Shown piece by piece: positions 7,978-17,784 of a DNA stretch of 64,000 nt. The position numbers and the translations under genes were made by a program. The notes beneath the pieces are model-generated. The model did not search any database and was not told where the DNA came from. It saw only the letters and a list, made by a program, of their open reading frames with translations. Origin of the DNA: Candidatus Eiseniibacteriota bacterium (GTDB taxonomy: Bacteria; Eisenbacteria; RBG-16-71-46; CAIMUX01; VGJL01); NCBI GenBank assembly GCA_041946735.1, contig JBHGAY010000021.1, forward strand, positions 1-64,000. Reading direction: 5' to 3'. Position 1 is the stretch's first letter; every line of letters begins with the position of its first letter.

Positions 7978-9246
7978 TCAGAGCGACGTTCCGGTGGAAC
8001 TCGACCGCTCGGCGCGCGCCGCAGAGGCCTTCGCCTTCGCCTTCGCCTTCGCGTTCGCCTCCGCCACCGCCGGCGATCCGGCGCCCGCGCCGCGATCGCT
8101 CCGAGCTTCGGCCGTCCCCTCCTCCTCCTCGCACAGCGCGGGTCGCCGCCCCTCGAGCATCTCGCGGTAGACCGCCTCGGTCGCCTCCACGATCCGTGAC
8201 CAGCTGAAACGGTCGCGCGCGTGCGCCTTGCAGCGCCGTGCGATCCGGTCGACCTCGACCGGGTCCTCGAGCAGGTACTCGAGCTTCGCCTGGAGGTCCT
8301 TCACGTCCTCGGTCCGGAACGTGACCGCGCAATCGGCAACGACCTCCATGTTCTCCGGAATGTCGCTTGCGAGGATGCACTTGCCGTGGCTCATCGCCTC
8401 GACGAGCGAGATCGAGAAACCCTCCAGAAACGAAGGCTGCACGACCAGGTACGCGTTCGACCACAGCTCGTCGAGCAGGTCCCCGTAGACGTAGCCGAGC
8501 ATGTGGATCCGCTCGTCGCCGTTGCGGATCCGCATGAGCGTGTCGACGTAGCCATCGGAGAAGGAGCTCCCCCCCGCCATCACGAGGCGCGCATCGGTCC
8601 GCAGCTTCGTGAACGCCTCGAGCAACATGTGGCAGCCCTTCTCGGGAACGAGCCGCCCGACGAACAGGACGTAGCGGTGCCGGTCCAGACCGTACTTGCG
8701 GATCTTGTTCGGCGGGCGGTGCACCGCGGGGTTCGTCCCGTTCGGGATCACGATCGTCTCGGCCCGATAATGATTCCAGAAGTGGTCCTGCAGGGACTTC
8801 GAGACGACGATCGTTCGATCGGGAAGGTGGATCGCCGGCTTTTCGCACTGGCGCAGGAACCAGGCGGCTCCCTTCCCCCACTTTCCTCGCTGCCAGTCGA
8901 GCCCGTGCACGGTGACGACCGTCTTCGAGCGAGCGAGCCTCGGAAGCGAGGAGAAGACCGAGGGGCCCAGCGCATGGAAGTGCACGATGTCGTAGCGCCG
9001 CGCCAGGCAGTCGAGCGTCGAGAAGAAGCAGTGCGTGATCGTGTCGAGATGCTTCGTGTTGAAGCTCATCAGCCGGTGGATTCTCATCCCCCGGTACGTC
9101 CCACCCATCTTCGTGTAGTGCGGGCGGGCGTAGACCGACACCTCGTGCCCTCGCTCGGCAAGTCGCGCGCCGATCTCCTCCACGTGGCGCTCGATCCCAC
9201 CATAGGTGGCCGGGATCCCCTTCTGGCCGATCATCGCGATCCTCAT
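7978..9246 (-). CDS. GT4 glycosyltransferase
   Basis: KGIPATYGGIE, TVHGLDW, FVGRLVPEKG, PSFLEG..SLVEAMS (EX7E), SDIPEN. Confidence 0.92.
   Translation of the reverse strand: MRIAMIGQKGIPATYGGIERHVEEIGARLAERGHEVSVYARPHYTKMGGTYRGMRIHRLMSFNTKHLDTITHCFFSTLDCLARRYDIVHFHALGPSVFSSLPRLARSKTVVTVHGLDWQRGKWGKGAAWFLRQCEKPAIHLPDRTIVVSKSLQDHFWNHYRAETIVIPNGTNPAVHRPPNKIRKYGLDRHRYVLFVGRLVPEKGCHMLLEAFTKLRTDARLVMAGGSSFSDGYVDTLMRIRNGDERIHMLGYVYGDLLDELWSNAYLVVQPSFLEGFSISLVEAMSHGKCILASDIPENMEVVADCAVTFRTEDVKDLQAKLEYLLEDPVEVDRIARRCKAHARDRFSWSRIVEATEAVYREMLEGRRPALCEEEEGTAEARSDRGAGAGSPAVAEANAKAKAKAKASAARAERSSSTGTSL
8027..8050. repeat. (GCCTTC)4 microsatellite encoding an AK repeat in the GT4 C-tail
   Basis: Four perfect hexamers followed by two degenerate ones. 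Confidence 0.85.
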
Positions 9247-10508
9247 GGCGCCACCGCCCGGGCCGCGCGCGCGGCTTCGTAGATCGCGTCCAGTCGTTCC
9301 AGGTGCCGCTTCGGGTCGAGGGTCGAGGCGACCCAGGCGCGGGCGGCGCGACCCATCTCGTTCGCGCCGGAGCGGTCAGCCGCCATGCGCGCGATCGCCG
9401 CCGCCAGGTCATCCGCGCCGCCAGGCGCGAAGGTGAGACCGGTCTCGCCGTCCCGCACCAGCTCCGGGATCCCTCCGATCCGGGCGCCCAGGACCGGACG
9501 CGCGAGTGCAAACGCCTCGAGAATCGCGTACGGGTAGTTCTCGTACCACTCGCTCGGGACGACGACGAAGCGCGCGGCGCCCACGATCCGATGCAGCTCC
9601 GGAGGCCGGCGGTACCCCTCGAAGGCGACGTCCGATGCGCCCAGCTCGGTCGCGCGCGCCTTCAGCATCGCGTCGAGCGGCCCTTCGCCGAGGATCCGCA
9701 GCGGCAGGCGGCCCGGCTTCGGCAGCCGCGCATGCGCCTCGAGGAGCGTGGCGACGCCCTTCTCGCGCGACAGGCGCCCCGCGTAGACGTAGTAGTCCCC
9801 TTCCGACGCGGCCGGCGCCGGCTCGTAGCGGTCGACCTGCAGGAAGTAGGGGAGCGCGACGAGCCGCTCGCGCGCGACGCCGAACTCCGCCACCTTCTCG
9901 AGCAGAAACCGACTCGGACAAACGAAGAGGCGGACCTTCTCGTAGGTGCGGAGCCACCGGTGGAGGTACGCCTCGATCATCCCGACCGCCGATGCCGCTC
10001 GCGAATCGAGCAGGCAACGGCGCCGGAACGCTTCGTGGTAGCGGCCGCCGCGACATCGCTCGCAGATCTCCCCCTGCTGCGTGAGGAGCAGGTAGGCGGG
10101 GCAGATCAGCTTGTAGTCGTGCAGGGTCTGGACGATCGGAATCCCTTCGTCGTCCAGCGCGCGAATCACCGACGGCGAAAGTTGATGATAGACATTGTGC
10201 AGGTGCGCGACGTCGGGACGGGCACCGCGCGCGATCTCGCGGGCGGCGCGCGCCGCCTCGGAGTTGTAGACGCTCCGTACCGCATGGCGCGCGCGTGCCG
10301 CCGCTCCCATGCGCGCTCGGTAATCCACCTCCGAGACGAACCGGTCTCCGTCCCGCGCGGGAAGGTTCGCGTCGTGCCGCATCGCGAGATGGACGATGCG
10401 ATCCCCGCGCTTCGCGAGAAGCTCGGAGAGGTCCAGGTAGTACTTCTCCGCCCCACCCTTGAGGTAGTGGTACTTGTTGACGAGGAGCACCGTGCGGCCG
10501 TCGCTCAT
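9243..10508 (-). CDS. GT4 glycosyltransferase with Cys-rich insert
   Basis: KGGAE, HLHNVYHQLSPS, TLHDYKLICP..CERC..C, GRLSREKG, PSEWYENYP..ILEA. Confidence 0.92.
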   Translation of the reverse strand: MSDGRTVLLVNKYHYLKGGAEKYYLDLSELLAKRGDRIVHLAMRHDANLPARDGDRFVSEVDYRARMGAAARARHAVRSVYNSEAARAAREIARGARPDVAHLHNVYHQLSPSVIRALDDEGIPIVQTLHDYKLICPAYLLLTQQGEICERCRGGRYHEAFRRRCLLDSRAASAVGMIEAYLHRWLRTYEKVRLFVCPSRFLLEKVAEFGVARERLVALPYFLQVDRYEPAPAASEGDYYVYAGRLSREKGVATLLEAHARLPKPGRLPLRILGEGPLDAMLKARATELGASDVAFEGYRRPPELHRIVGAARFVVVPSEWYENYPYAILEAFALARPVLGARIGGIPELVRDGETGLTFAPGGADDLAAAIARMAADRSGANEMGRAARAWVASTLDPKRHLERLDAIYEAARAARAVAP

Positions 10509-11665
10509 GAGGCACGCTCCCCGTCGAGGCCGAGATAGATCGCCTCGGTGCCCCGCGCCATGACCGGCGCGGCGAAGCGTTCCTCGTACAGCTCGCGCGC
10601 GCGCCTTCCCCAGCGAGCGCGAAGATCGGGGCCACCGGCGAGCGGCTCCTCGAGCGCGCGGGCGAGAGCTTCCGGGTCGGCGGGCGGAACGAGCCGGCCG
10701 CTCCTTCCGTCCTCGATCATCTCCGGAATGCCGTAGATCGCCGACGCAACGACGGGACGGCCGGCGGCCATCGCTTCGAGCACGACGAACGGAGTCGTCT
10801 CGACGAGCGAGGGGACGACGAGCAGATCGAGAAGCGCCATGAGCGCGGCGGCGTCCGCGCGCGGCCCGACGAATCGGACGATCTCCGAGAGCTCGCGACG
10901 CCGGGCATCCTGCTCGAGCGCTTCCCGCTCCTCCCCCTCTCCGATCACCCAGAGGCGCAGGTTCCCCGGCAGCTTCCCTTCTCGCCGGAGGATCGCGAGC
11001 GTCTGGAAGAGGAAGCGGTGGCCCTTCCGCTCGGTCAGCCGCCCCACGATTCCGGCGACGACGTCGCCCGGCCGGGTCCCGGTCGCCTCACGCAGCGCGC
11101 GCGCCTCCTCGTCGGGCACCGGCGCCGGCTCCTCGACCCCGTACGGCAGGATGCGCGTCTTCTCGGCGGGCATGCGGTGCAGCTCGACGACGTAGGAGCG
11201 GGTCGCGCGCGCCGGCACGATGATCCGGTCGATCGCTTCGCCGAAGAGGATCTTCAGCGGGAACTTGCGATAGCGGCGCGGGATCATCGGAAGGTGCTCG
11301 GTCGAGACCACGCGCCGGTAGCCGGCGAGGCGGGCGGCGAGCGCCACCAGCCCGACCCCCGCGTCGTAGGTGCTCGGCAGATTGATGTGCAGGACCGTCC
11401 CGCCGATCTGCTTCAGGACCGCGCGAAGCTCGGGGAGCGAGGCGCGGTAATGGAAGCCGGGACGCGCGTGGTGAAACACCTCCCCGCCGGCCGCACGGAT
11501 CTCCTCCTCGAGGCGCGGCACCGTCGGATCCTTCGGGAGCAGCGCCGTCAGCCGGAAGCGCCGCGGATCGAGGTGACGCGCGAGCAGGGACAGGTAGACC
11601 TCCGCGCCGCCGTAGTAGGCGGCGTCGCTGTAGAGAGTCACCGTGATCCGCTCGGCATCCGTCAC
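10505..11665 (-). CDS. GT4 glycosyltransferase
   Basis: YGGAE, VGRLTERKG, PSLVETTPFVVLEAMAAG; GTG start at 11665 overlaps the upstream stop (GTGA), with GGAG upstream. Confidence 0.9.
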   Translation of the reverse strand: MTDAERITVTLYSDAAYYGGAEVYLSLLARHLDPRRFRLTALLPKDPTVPRLEEEIRAAGGEVFHHARPGFHYRASLPELRAVLKQIGGTVLHINLPSTYDAGVGLVALAARLAGYRRVVSTEHLPMIPRRYRKFPLKILFGEAIDRIIVPARATRSYVVELHRMPAEKTRILPYGVEEPAPVPDEEARALREATGTRPGDVVAGIVGRLTERKGHRFLFQTLAILRREGKLPGNLRLWVIGEGEEREALEQDARRRELSEIVRFVGPRADAAALMALLDLLVVPSLVETTPFVVLEAMAAGRPVVASAIYGIPEMIEDGRSGRLVPPADPEALARALEEPLAGGPDLRARWGRRARELYEERFAAPVMARGTEAIYLGLDGERAS

Positions 11666-13239
11666 GATCGTTTCTCCGGGCCCAGCAGCCATACGCGTGT
11701 TCCTACGAAGTCCCACCGGCGTTCGATCGCGAATCGATCCTTCAGAAACGCTTCCCAGCGTCCGTCCGGGTCATGGAAGTCCTCCCGGTAAAACAGGACG
11801 AAGGTGCGCCCCGGCTGCTCGATCGCGCCAACCGCCTCGCGCTCCAGATCTCCCTGCGGCGGCTTGCGGATCGGCACCTCGAAGCGCCGGACGACGTGGC
11901 GGCTCCGCAGCTCCGGCCAGTAATAGCGGGTCAACGGATCGCACGTCCCGACGACGAACAGCAGATCCTCCGGCCGCATCTCGGCTCGAAGCACCTTCGC
12001 GGCCGATCGGGCATCCTCCTTCCAATACCGGGGTTCCGTGTGGAGCTGCACGAGGCTCACGCCGCACAGGATCGCCACCCCGGCGAGCAGTCCGTCCCCC
12101 AGCCACCGGGGGCGAAGCGCGAAAACCCCCTCGGCCAGCGCCACCATGTAGATCGGCAGCCCGACCGCCACGTATCGAGGATTGAAGACCTTGAGGTTGC
12201 GGGTCGCCGCGAGGAAGGCGAGGAGCAGCGGGACCAGGAGGGCCAACAGCCACAGCCGCCGCCTCGCGTCGTTTCCGCGGATCCATTGCGCTCCTCCGGC
12301 CACGGCGAGGGTCCCGAAGCAGACGGCCGTGGCTCCCACGGCCCAGGGATGTGCCGCGGCGGTGGAAGGCGAGGGGGCGCGGCGCAGCTCGCGCAGCGAC
12401 GGCCCGAGCGAGAAGCCGACCGAGAACGCGTACATTGCGTACGGGATTCCCAGGACCGGGGCCGTCGCCTCGCCGCGCAGCTTCACCTCCTCCGGCACCG
12501 GCTCGGTCTTGAGCAGGTAGGACTTCGACACCCACCGCTGGTAGAAGCCGACCTCCCAAGGAAGAAGCGCGATCACGACGACGACGCCGGTCAGCCCGAG
12601 GACGGCCAGCCGGGCGCGATCCCTTCTCCACCGCACGGCTCCCCATAGGGCGCCGGCGGCGGCGTGGAAGGCGAACGAGAGATTGAAAAGCATGCCCGCG
12701 AGCCAGGTCGCGGCGAGCGCCGGCACGCGGGCGAGCGGGCGGCGGGCTCCGTCGATCCCCTGCAGCACCCACAGAGAAAGCGTCGCGAGGAAGATCACGA
12801 AGGCGTAGTTGCGCACCTCTTGCGCGTACCAGACATGGAACGGGTTCACGGCGAGCAGCGCCGCGGCCAGCAGCGCCCGCCTCTCCCCGAAGACGGGACG
12901 CGACGCGGCGTAGAGCATCGGGACGGTCGCCGCCGACACGATCGCCTGCGGGAGGCGTATCGATGCCTCTCCCCAACCGAAGAGGCTGGACCACACGTGG
13001 AGCAGCACGGAGTGCAACGGTCCCTGCAAGTTGATCCGAACGTTCTCCCACGTGAGGCTCTGGTCGACTCCGGCGTACTTCAGAGTGAACATCTCGTCGA
13101 TCCAAAGGGACTGATGCGTCAACCCCCATAGGCGCAGCGCGAGCGCCGCCAGCGTGAGGAGCGCCAGCGTCGCGGCGGCCCAAGGACCGCTGTTCCACGG
13201 ATCCGTGCGGACGGTTTCCGACTCAGCCTCCAAGATCAC
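11662..13239 (-). CDS. GT-C fold membrane glycosyltransferase (PMT/ArnT-like, family 39/83)
   Basis: SLWIDE after TM1, PL..VLLH, E..IRLP, NPFHVWYAQEVRNYA, many TM helices, PRY, C-terminal soluble domain. Confidence 0.85.
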   Translation of the reverse strand: MILEAESETVRTDPWNSGPWAAATLALLTLAALALRLWGLTHQSLWIDEMFTLKYAGVDQSLTWENVRINLQGPLHSVLLHVWSSLFGWGEASIRLPQAIVSAATVPMLYAASRPVFGERRALLAAALLAVNPFHVWYAQEVRNYAFVIFLATLSLWVLQGIDGARRPLARVPALAATWLAGMLFNLSFAFHAAAGALWGAVRWRRDRARLAVLGLTGVVVVIALLPWEVGFYQRWVSKSYLLKTEPVPEEVKLRGEATAPVLGIPYAMYAFSVGFSLGPSLRELRRAPSPSTAAAHPWAVGATAVCFGTLAVAGGAQWIRGNDARRRLWLLALLVPLLLAFLAATRNLKVFNPRYVAVGLPIYMVALAEGVFALRPRWLGDGLLAGVAILCGVSLVQLHTEPRYWKEDARSAAKVLRAEMRPEDLLFVVGTCDPLTRYYWPELRSRHVVRRFEVPIRKPPQGDLEREAVGAIEQPGRTFVLFYREDFHDPDGRWEAFLKDRFAIERRWDFVGTRVWLLGPEKRS

Positions 13240-13295
13240 CTCAGGATCGGCCGGCGCGCGCGGGAGCGCGAGGGCTCCCTCACGCGCTCCTTGGG

Positions 13296-14096
13296 CTAGT
13301 AGGCCCCCTCACCCGAAAGAACCGCGGGAATCGTTCGGATCAGGATCTTCAGATCGAGAACGAAGCAGCGGCGCTCGATGTACTCCATGTCCAGGCGCAC
13401 CCACTCGTCGAAGCCCAGCCGGCTCCGCCCGCTGATCTGCCACAGGCACGTGATGCCGGGACGGATCGCAAGGCGACGCCGCTGCCACGGCTCGTACTGC
13501 AGCACCTCTTCGAGCAGCGGCGGACGCGGGCCTACGAGGGTCATGTCACCCTTCATGACGTTCAGGATCTGGGGAAGCTCGTCCATACTCGTCCGGCGGA
13601 GGAACTTGCCGACTCTCGTGATCCGCGGGTCATCCGCGATCTTGAAGACCGGACCGGAAACCTCGTTCAGATGAGCGATCTGGCCACGATGTTGTTCGGC
13701 CCCGACGATCATCGATCGGAGCTTGTAGAAGGTGAACGGCTTCCCCCCACGCCCGATGCGCGTGGAGCGGTAGAGCACAGGGCCAGGAGTGTCGAGCTTG
13801 ATCGCGAGGGCAGCCAGGAGAAGCAAGGGCAGGCAGAGGATCAGGGCGATCGAACCCATCACGATGTCGACGAACCTCTTGCCGTACCGGAGGTAGATGC
13901 CTCGGTCCGGTTCGACAGGGATCCGCAACGCGTTCGCCTCAGGCTTGTTCAGGGTACTTCGGACCGTCCGACCCCCGACGGGCGGGAGGACTGGCGAGGA
14001 ATCCAGGCTCGACGAAGCGGGAATGACGGGACGCCGTCCCTTTTCCCCGCCTCGGACGCGGCGCTTCGGGCGCCCGAGCGACGTTGTCGTAGACAC
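13296..14096 (-). CDS. priming sugar transferase (polyprenyl-phosphate glycosylphosphotransferase, short form)
   Basis: KRFVDI, YKLRSM, DDPRITRVGKFLRRTSMDELPQ, GDMTLVGPRP, PGITCLWQISGR; GTG start 9 nt after AAGGAG. Confidence 0.92.
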   Translation of the reverse strand: MSTTTSLGRPKRRVRGGEKGRRPVIPASSSLDSSPVLPPVGGRTVRSTLNKPEANALRIPVEPDRGIYLRYGKRFVDIVMGSIALILCLPLLLLAALAIKLDTPGPVLYRSTRIGRGGKPFTFYKLRSMIVGAEQHRGQIAHLNEVSGPVFKIADDPRITRVGKFLRRTSMDELPQILNVMKGDMTLVGPRPPLLEEVLQYEPWQRRRLAIRPGITCLWQISGRSRLGFDEWVRLDMEYIERRCFVLDLKILIRTIPAVLSGEGAY

Positions 14097-14285
14097 GGTT
14101 GAACACTCCTTGCCGTGCGACGGGACCTCCACCGACGGACCGCGCGTACCTGGCGACCCCCTGGATGGATCGCGCTCTGTCAGGGCTGGGGTGGCGTCGG
14201 GTCTCGAAGGCGACGAGCCTTGTCGATCCCGCTAGCAAGGGGTTCCGGGCATTCCCTCCTTCCGTGTTCAATCCGGACGCAGGAC

Positions 14286-14315
14286 AGGATAGCGCAGAGA
14301 CACGCGAGAGGTCAA
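14286..14315 (-). promoter_or_regulatory. sigma70-type internal promoter of the glycan locus
   Basis: TTGACC-N18-TATCCT in the ~350-bp intergenic gap. Confidence 0.5.
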
Positions 14316-14443
14316 GGCGACTGGCCGTGTCGGCGGAGCCTATCAGGCGAAACGCGAGATGGATAGGCTGGACGTCACGCGATCCAGCTTGCATAAGCAT
14401 TCCTTCCGTGCGCACGATGCGTCCCGCCTCGCCGCGCTTATCC

Positions 14444-15454
14444 TCACCGCTGCGAACGAGCGGCGGGGTCGCTTTCGGCGCTGGATTCCGCCATGCGGGA
14501 GAGCTGCCCGAGGCTGAGGCCTTCCCGGAAGAGATAGATCAGGCCGACGACGTTGACCGGGATCCACTGGGTCGCGTGATAGAGGATCGAGAACGCGAGC
14601 CCCGACTCCCGCGAGACGCCGAACACCACCAGAGCGGCGGTCCCGCCTCCCTGCAAGGTCCCGATGAAGCCTGGGGCGCTCGGGATCATCGTGACGAGGG
14701 CGATCGCGACGAGGGCGACCATCGATGCTTGCGGCTGCGGCACGTGGATCGCGAGCGAGATCATGACGAGCCACATCACCACCACGATCGCCGCCCACAT
14801 GAGAATCGAGTATCCCGCCACGGCGATGAGATGCGGCACGTTGTTGAAGACGAGCAGCCCCGTGCGGAATCGTTCCGCCATCGCCTCGGTCTTCTCGCGC
14901 AATCGCGCGGGCACGAGCGGCAGGACGATCCCGACGAACCTACCGGGATACCGGTTCCAGAGCAGGAGCAGGACGAGGGAGACGAGACCGACTCCCAGCA
15001 CCGCGATCGCGACCTTCTCGAGCCCGCCGGGAAAGCTCGTGGTCGCCATGACGACGGCGAAGAGGCCGAGCATCGTGAAGAGATCGAAGATCCGCTCGAC
15101 GACGATGCTCGCGAGAGCCGCGCTCCGGCTGATCTCTCCGCGGCGGCCGACCACGTGCGCGCGCACGAGCTCCCCCAGCCGCGCCGGGAGCACGTTGTTG
15201 GCGAGAAAGCCGATCATCGTGGCGGAGAACAGCGTCGGCTGCGGCAGGCGCCGCACTCCGCGGAGGAGAAGCCCCCATCGAAGCGCACGGATCCAGAAGG
15301 CGAAGAGCGTCAGGATCACGCACGGGATCGTGTAGCCGTAGCGCGCGTGCGAGAGGATCGCGAGCATCCGGTCGAGCTTCGCGCCGCGCGCCGCCGCGTA
15401 CAGGAACACGGCGGAGAGGAGAATCCCGAAGAGGATGACGGCGCGGCGCTTCAA
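14444..15454 (-). CDS. UPF0104 / lysylphosphatidylglycerol-synthase TM-domain flippase-like protein
   Basis: RALRW, NNVLPARLGELVR, SIVVERIFD, IPSAPGFIG; multiple TM helices; TTG start. Confidence 0.88.
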   Translation of the reverse strand: MKRRAVILFGILLSAVFLYAAARGAKLDRMLAILSHARYGYTIPCVILTLFAFWIRALRWGLLLRGVRRLPQPTLFSATMIGFLANNVLPARLGELVRAHVVGRRGEISRSAALASIVVERIFDLFTMLGLFAVVMATTSFPGGLEKVAIAVLGVGLVSLVLLLLWNRYPGRFVGIVLPLVPARLREKTEAMAERFRTGLLVFNNVPHLIAVAGYSILMWAAIVVVMWLVMISLAIHVPQPQASMVALVAIALVTMIPSAPGFIGTLQGGGTAALVVFGVSRESGLAFSILYHATQWIPVNVVGLIYLFREGLSLGQLSRMAESSAESDPAARSQR

Positions 15455-16626
15455 CGCGGCGCCTCGAAGGGGAGGCCGAGATCCCGGAGGAGCAGGGGAG
15501 CGATCTCGAGAATCGTCTCGGGCGGCTCCTCCGGCATCGGATCGGCGAGCAGCGTGCTGTCGGAATCCGGATCGTCGGGATGGTACCCGTGCATGCCCGC
15601 GACGCGCCCGAGGCCCATGAAGCTGGGAGCGAACAGCACGCCCGGATCGGCCAGGAAGATCTCCTCGCCGTACTCGCGATCCGGGAAGCCGGCGCCGAGC
15701 GATGCGAGTTCCTCGTGCGACACGAATCGCCCCCCGGCCAGCGACGAGAGCGAGTCGACGACCGTCCGGCGCGCCTGCTCGCTCGAGAACCAGAACCGCG
15801 CCATCGTACTGTCGAGGAACAGCAGCGCGTCGCGAGGGATCCGGACCGGCAGGTGCGCGAGGTGCGCGGAGAGGTCGATTGCGCGGCGCACCGGCGCCAT
15901 TCCATGGTCGCCGAACACACGGAGGCGCGGCCGGCGCCCCGCCCGGCGGGCCGCGTCGACGACCGCGCCGATCCGTCCTTCCGCCTGCTTGAGCCAGGCG
16001 CGCGCCGCCGGAGAGTCGGGACCGTGGACGTGCATCACCCCGTCGAGCCCCGAGGAATAGAGCATCAGGAAGCGCTCGTTCCCCTCACGCGCGGCCGCCT
16101 CCATCTCCGAGAACGACCGCTCCTCCGGAACCGACCAGTCCCATACGCGATACGGGACGGACTCCTCGACGAGCCGGTCGAAGAGGCTGCGCACGCCATC
16201 GAACGCCCCGGGCCTGTAGATGTTGCGCCGCTCGCTCAGATCGAAGAACGGGAGCAGCCCCAACGGCACCTCGTAGAGCGAGAAGTAGCCGGTCAACCCG
16301 TCGCGCCGAAGCTGCGCCGTGAGCCAGCGGCGCGTCCGCCACTTGCCTGCCGGCAGCTTGCTCGCAAGCCGGAGGCGCCGCGCATAGGGACGAAAGACAG
16401 AGTCGCCCCGGTCTCTCCGGTACATCGCCCAGTGCCCGTGCACCGCGGGCGGAACCCCGGTGAAGAGCGTGGGGATCGCCGCGGAGGAATAGCCCAGGAT
16501 CGAGCGGACACGCGGGCGGTTGCGCGGGACGAGCGCGTCGAGAAAGCCGTCCCGGCCGACGATCTCCTTGCCGAGGGCGTCGATCAGAAAGACCAGCGAA
16601 AGATCCCTACCGTCGCGTTCCGGCAT
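15451..16626 (-). CDS. alkaline-phosphatase superfamily NPP-type phosphodiesterase
   Basis: Metal-ligand motifs LIDALG, DGVMH, GDHG, GMHGY; nucleophile region GYSSAAIPTLFTG; no signal peptide evident. Confidence 0.85.
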   Translation of the reverse strand: MPERDGRDLSLVFLIDALGKEIVGRDGFLDALVPRNRPRVRSILGYSSAAIPTLFTGVPPAVHGHWAMYRRDRGDSVFRPYARRLRLASKLPAGKWRTRRWLTAQLRRDGLTGYFSLYEVPLGLLPFFDLSERRNIYRPGAFDGVRSLFDRLVEESVPYRVWDWSVPEERSFSEMEAAAREGNERFLMLYSSGLDGVMHVHGPDSPAARAWLKQAEGRIGAVVDAARRAGRRPRLRVFGDHGMAPVRRAIDLSAHLAHLPVRIPRDALLFLDSTMARFWFSSEQARRTVVDSLSSLAGGRFVSHEELASLGAGFPDREYGEEIFLADPGVLFAPSFMGLGRVAGMHGYHPDDPDSDSTLLADPMPEEPPETILEIAPLLLRDLGLPFEAPR

Positions 16627-16629
16627 TCC

Positions 16630-17778
16630 TCACTCCACTCCGAGACGTTCCATCCAGCGGGCCGCCTCGGCGATCCGCCGTGCGAGCGCATCCTCTTCTT
16701 CCGGCGCATCGAGTCCGATCCTTCTCAGGATCGATCGCGCGGGGGCCGGCCTCCCCCCGGCGAGCTCGAGCGCCGCTTCCCAGAGCAAGACCCGCGGAGT
16801 CCGCGCGATCACGTGCGGATCGGGCCGCACGAGGGAGGCCGATCTCGCCCGGATCCACCTCTTCCATGCGCGAGCCCACGTCCTGCCCTGGATCGTGGGA
16901 CCTCCGAGAAAATGCCGGACCGAGGAGTTTGTCGCAACCGCGCCGATCACGCAACCGATCGTGCGTGCGACCGCCTCGCAGCCCTGCGCTCCTCCGGCCT
17001 CCTCGATCGACCGTCCGCCGGGGAGTTCGGGGGAAGGAGCGAGCCTCCACGCGGTCCAGGAGACGATCCGCTCCCGTTCCTCCTCCGGCAGATCGAGGAC
17101 GACGGCCGCTCGTCGTCCCCGCTCCTCGAACCCGCCTCCGGCGAAGAGCCCCTTCGCCAGAAGGATCGCGGCCCCCGCGTCCGCGTGCAGCTTCGCCTCG
17201 GCATAGGCGAGACCGACAACGTCTCGCGGCTCTCGCGCTCGCGCCTCGAGCCATTCCAGGGTGCGGTTGGCGAGGAGCCGCCGGCTCTCCCATGGAGGGA
17301 TCTCCTGCGGCGGCGGCATGTGGAATCGCTCGAGCCATTCCGGCTCCCCAGCGAGCACCCAGCCCGCCCGGACCGCCTCGACCAGGCCCGGCGTCGGGTG
17401 CTGGCGGCGCAGCTGGGATTCGGCATAGCAGCCGACGCCCGCGGGGATCGGAATGGCGGCCGCGGCGACGGCGGCCGAGAGCGCCTGCAGCTCCGAATCG
17501 GAAGGAGGATCCGCGAGGACGAGCGAGAGGTCGAGATCCGAAAGAAACCGCCTCCGTCCCGGGGCAGTCTCGATCCCGCACAACTCTCCGTGGACGGCGC
17601 TGCCCCCAAGAAAGAGCACGCGCGGCTGGTAGGGCGCCACCCGGCCGGCGATCTCCGCGACCAGCCGCGGAAGAGCCGACGCCACCGCCTCTCCCACCCA
17701 GGTCTGGCGGGACAGGGATGGCGCGCCGGGGATTCCGACCCGAACGCCGCCGGACGACCGTCGCGCAGCCGGCGGCAT
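16630..17778 (-). CDS. uncharacterised protein with Pol-beta-type nucleotidyltransferase motif
   Basis: FLGGSAVHGE...LSDLDLSLV fits hG[GS]..DhDh; packed tightly between neighbours (6-nt and 3-nt gaps). Confidence 0.65.
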   Translation of the reverse strand: MPPAARRSSGGVRVGIPGAPSLSRQTWVGEAVASALPRLVAEIAGRVAPYQPRVLFLGGSAVHGELCGIETAPGRRRFLSDLDLSLVLADPPSDSELQALSAAVAAAAIPIPAGVGCYAESQLRRQHPTPGLVEAVRAGWVLAGEPEWLERFHMPPPQEIPPWESRRLLANRTLEWLEARAREPRDVVGLAYAEAKLHADAGAAILLAKGLFAGGGFEERGRRAAVVLDLPEEERERIVSWTAWRLAPSPELPGGRSIEEAGGAQGCEAVARTIGCVIGAVATNSSVRHFLGGPTIQGRTWARAWKRWIRARSASLVRPDPHVIARTPRVLLWEAALELAGGRPAPARSILRRIGLDAPEEEDALARRIAEAARWMERLGVE

Positions 17779-17784
17779 TCCCCG

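Noticed and set aside
14236..14250. Possible sigma54 promoter GG...TTGC
   Set aside because: GG-GC spacing is 8 nt, not the required 10
13939..14415. 158 aa minus-strand ORF in the glycan-locus gap
   Set aside because: No recognisable motif, spans the predicted promoter and overlaps the priming transferase out of frame; not fully excluded because AAGGA precedes an internal ATG
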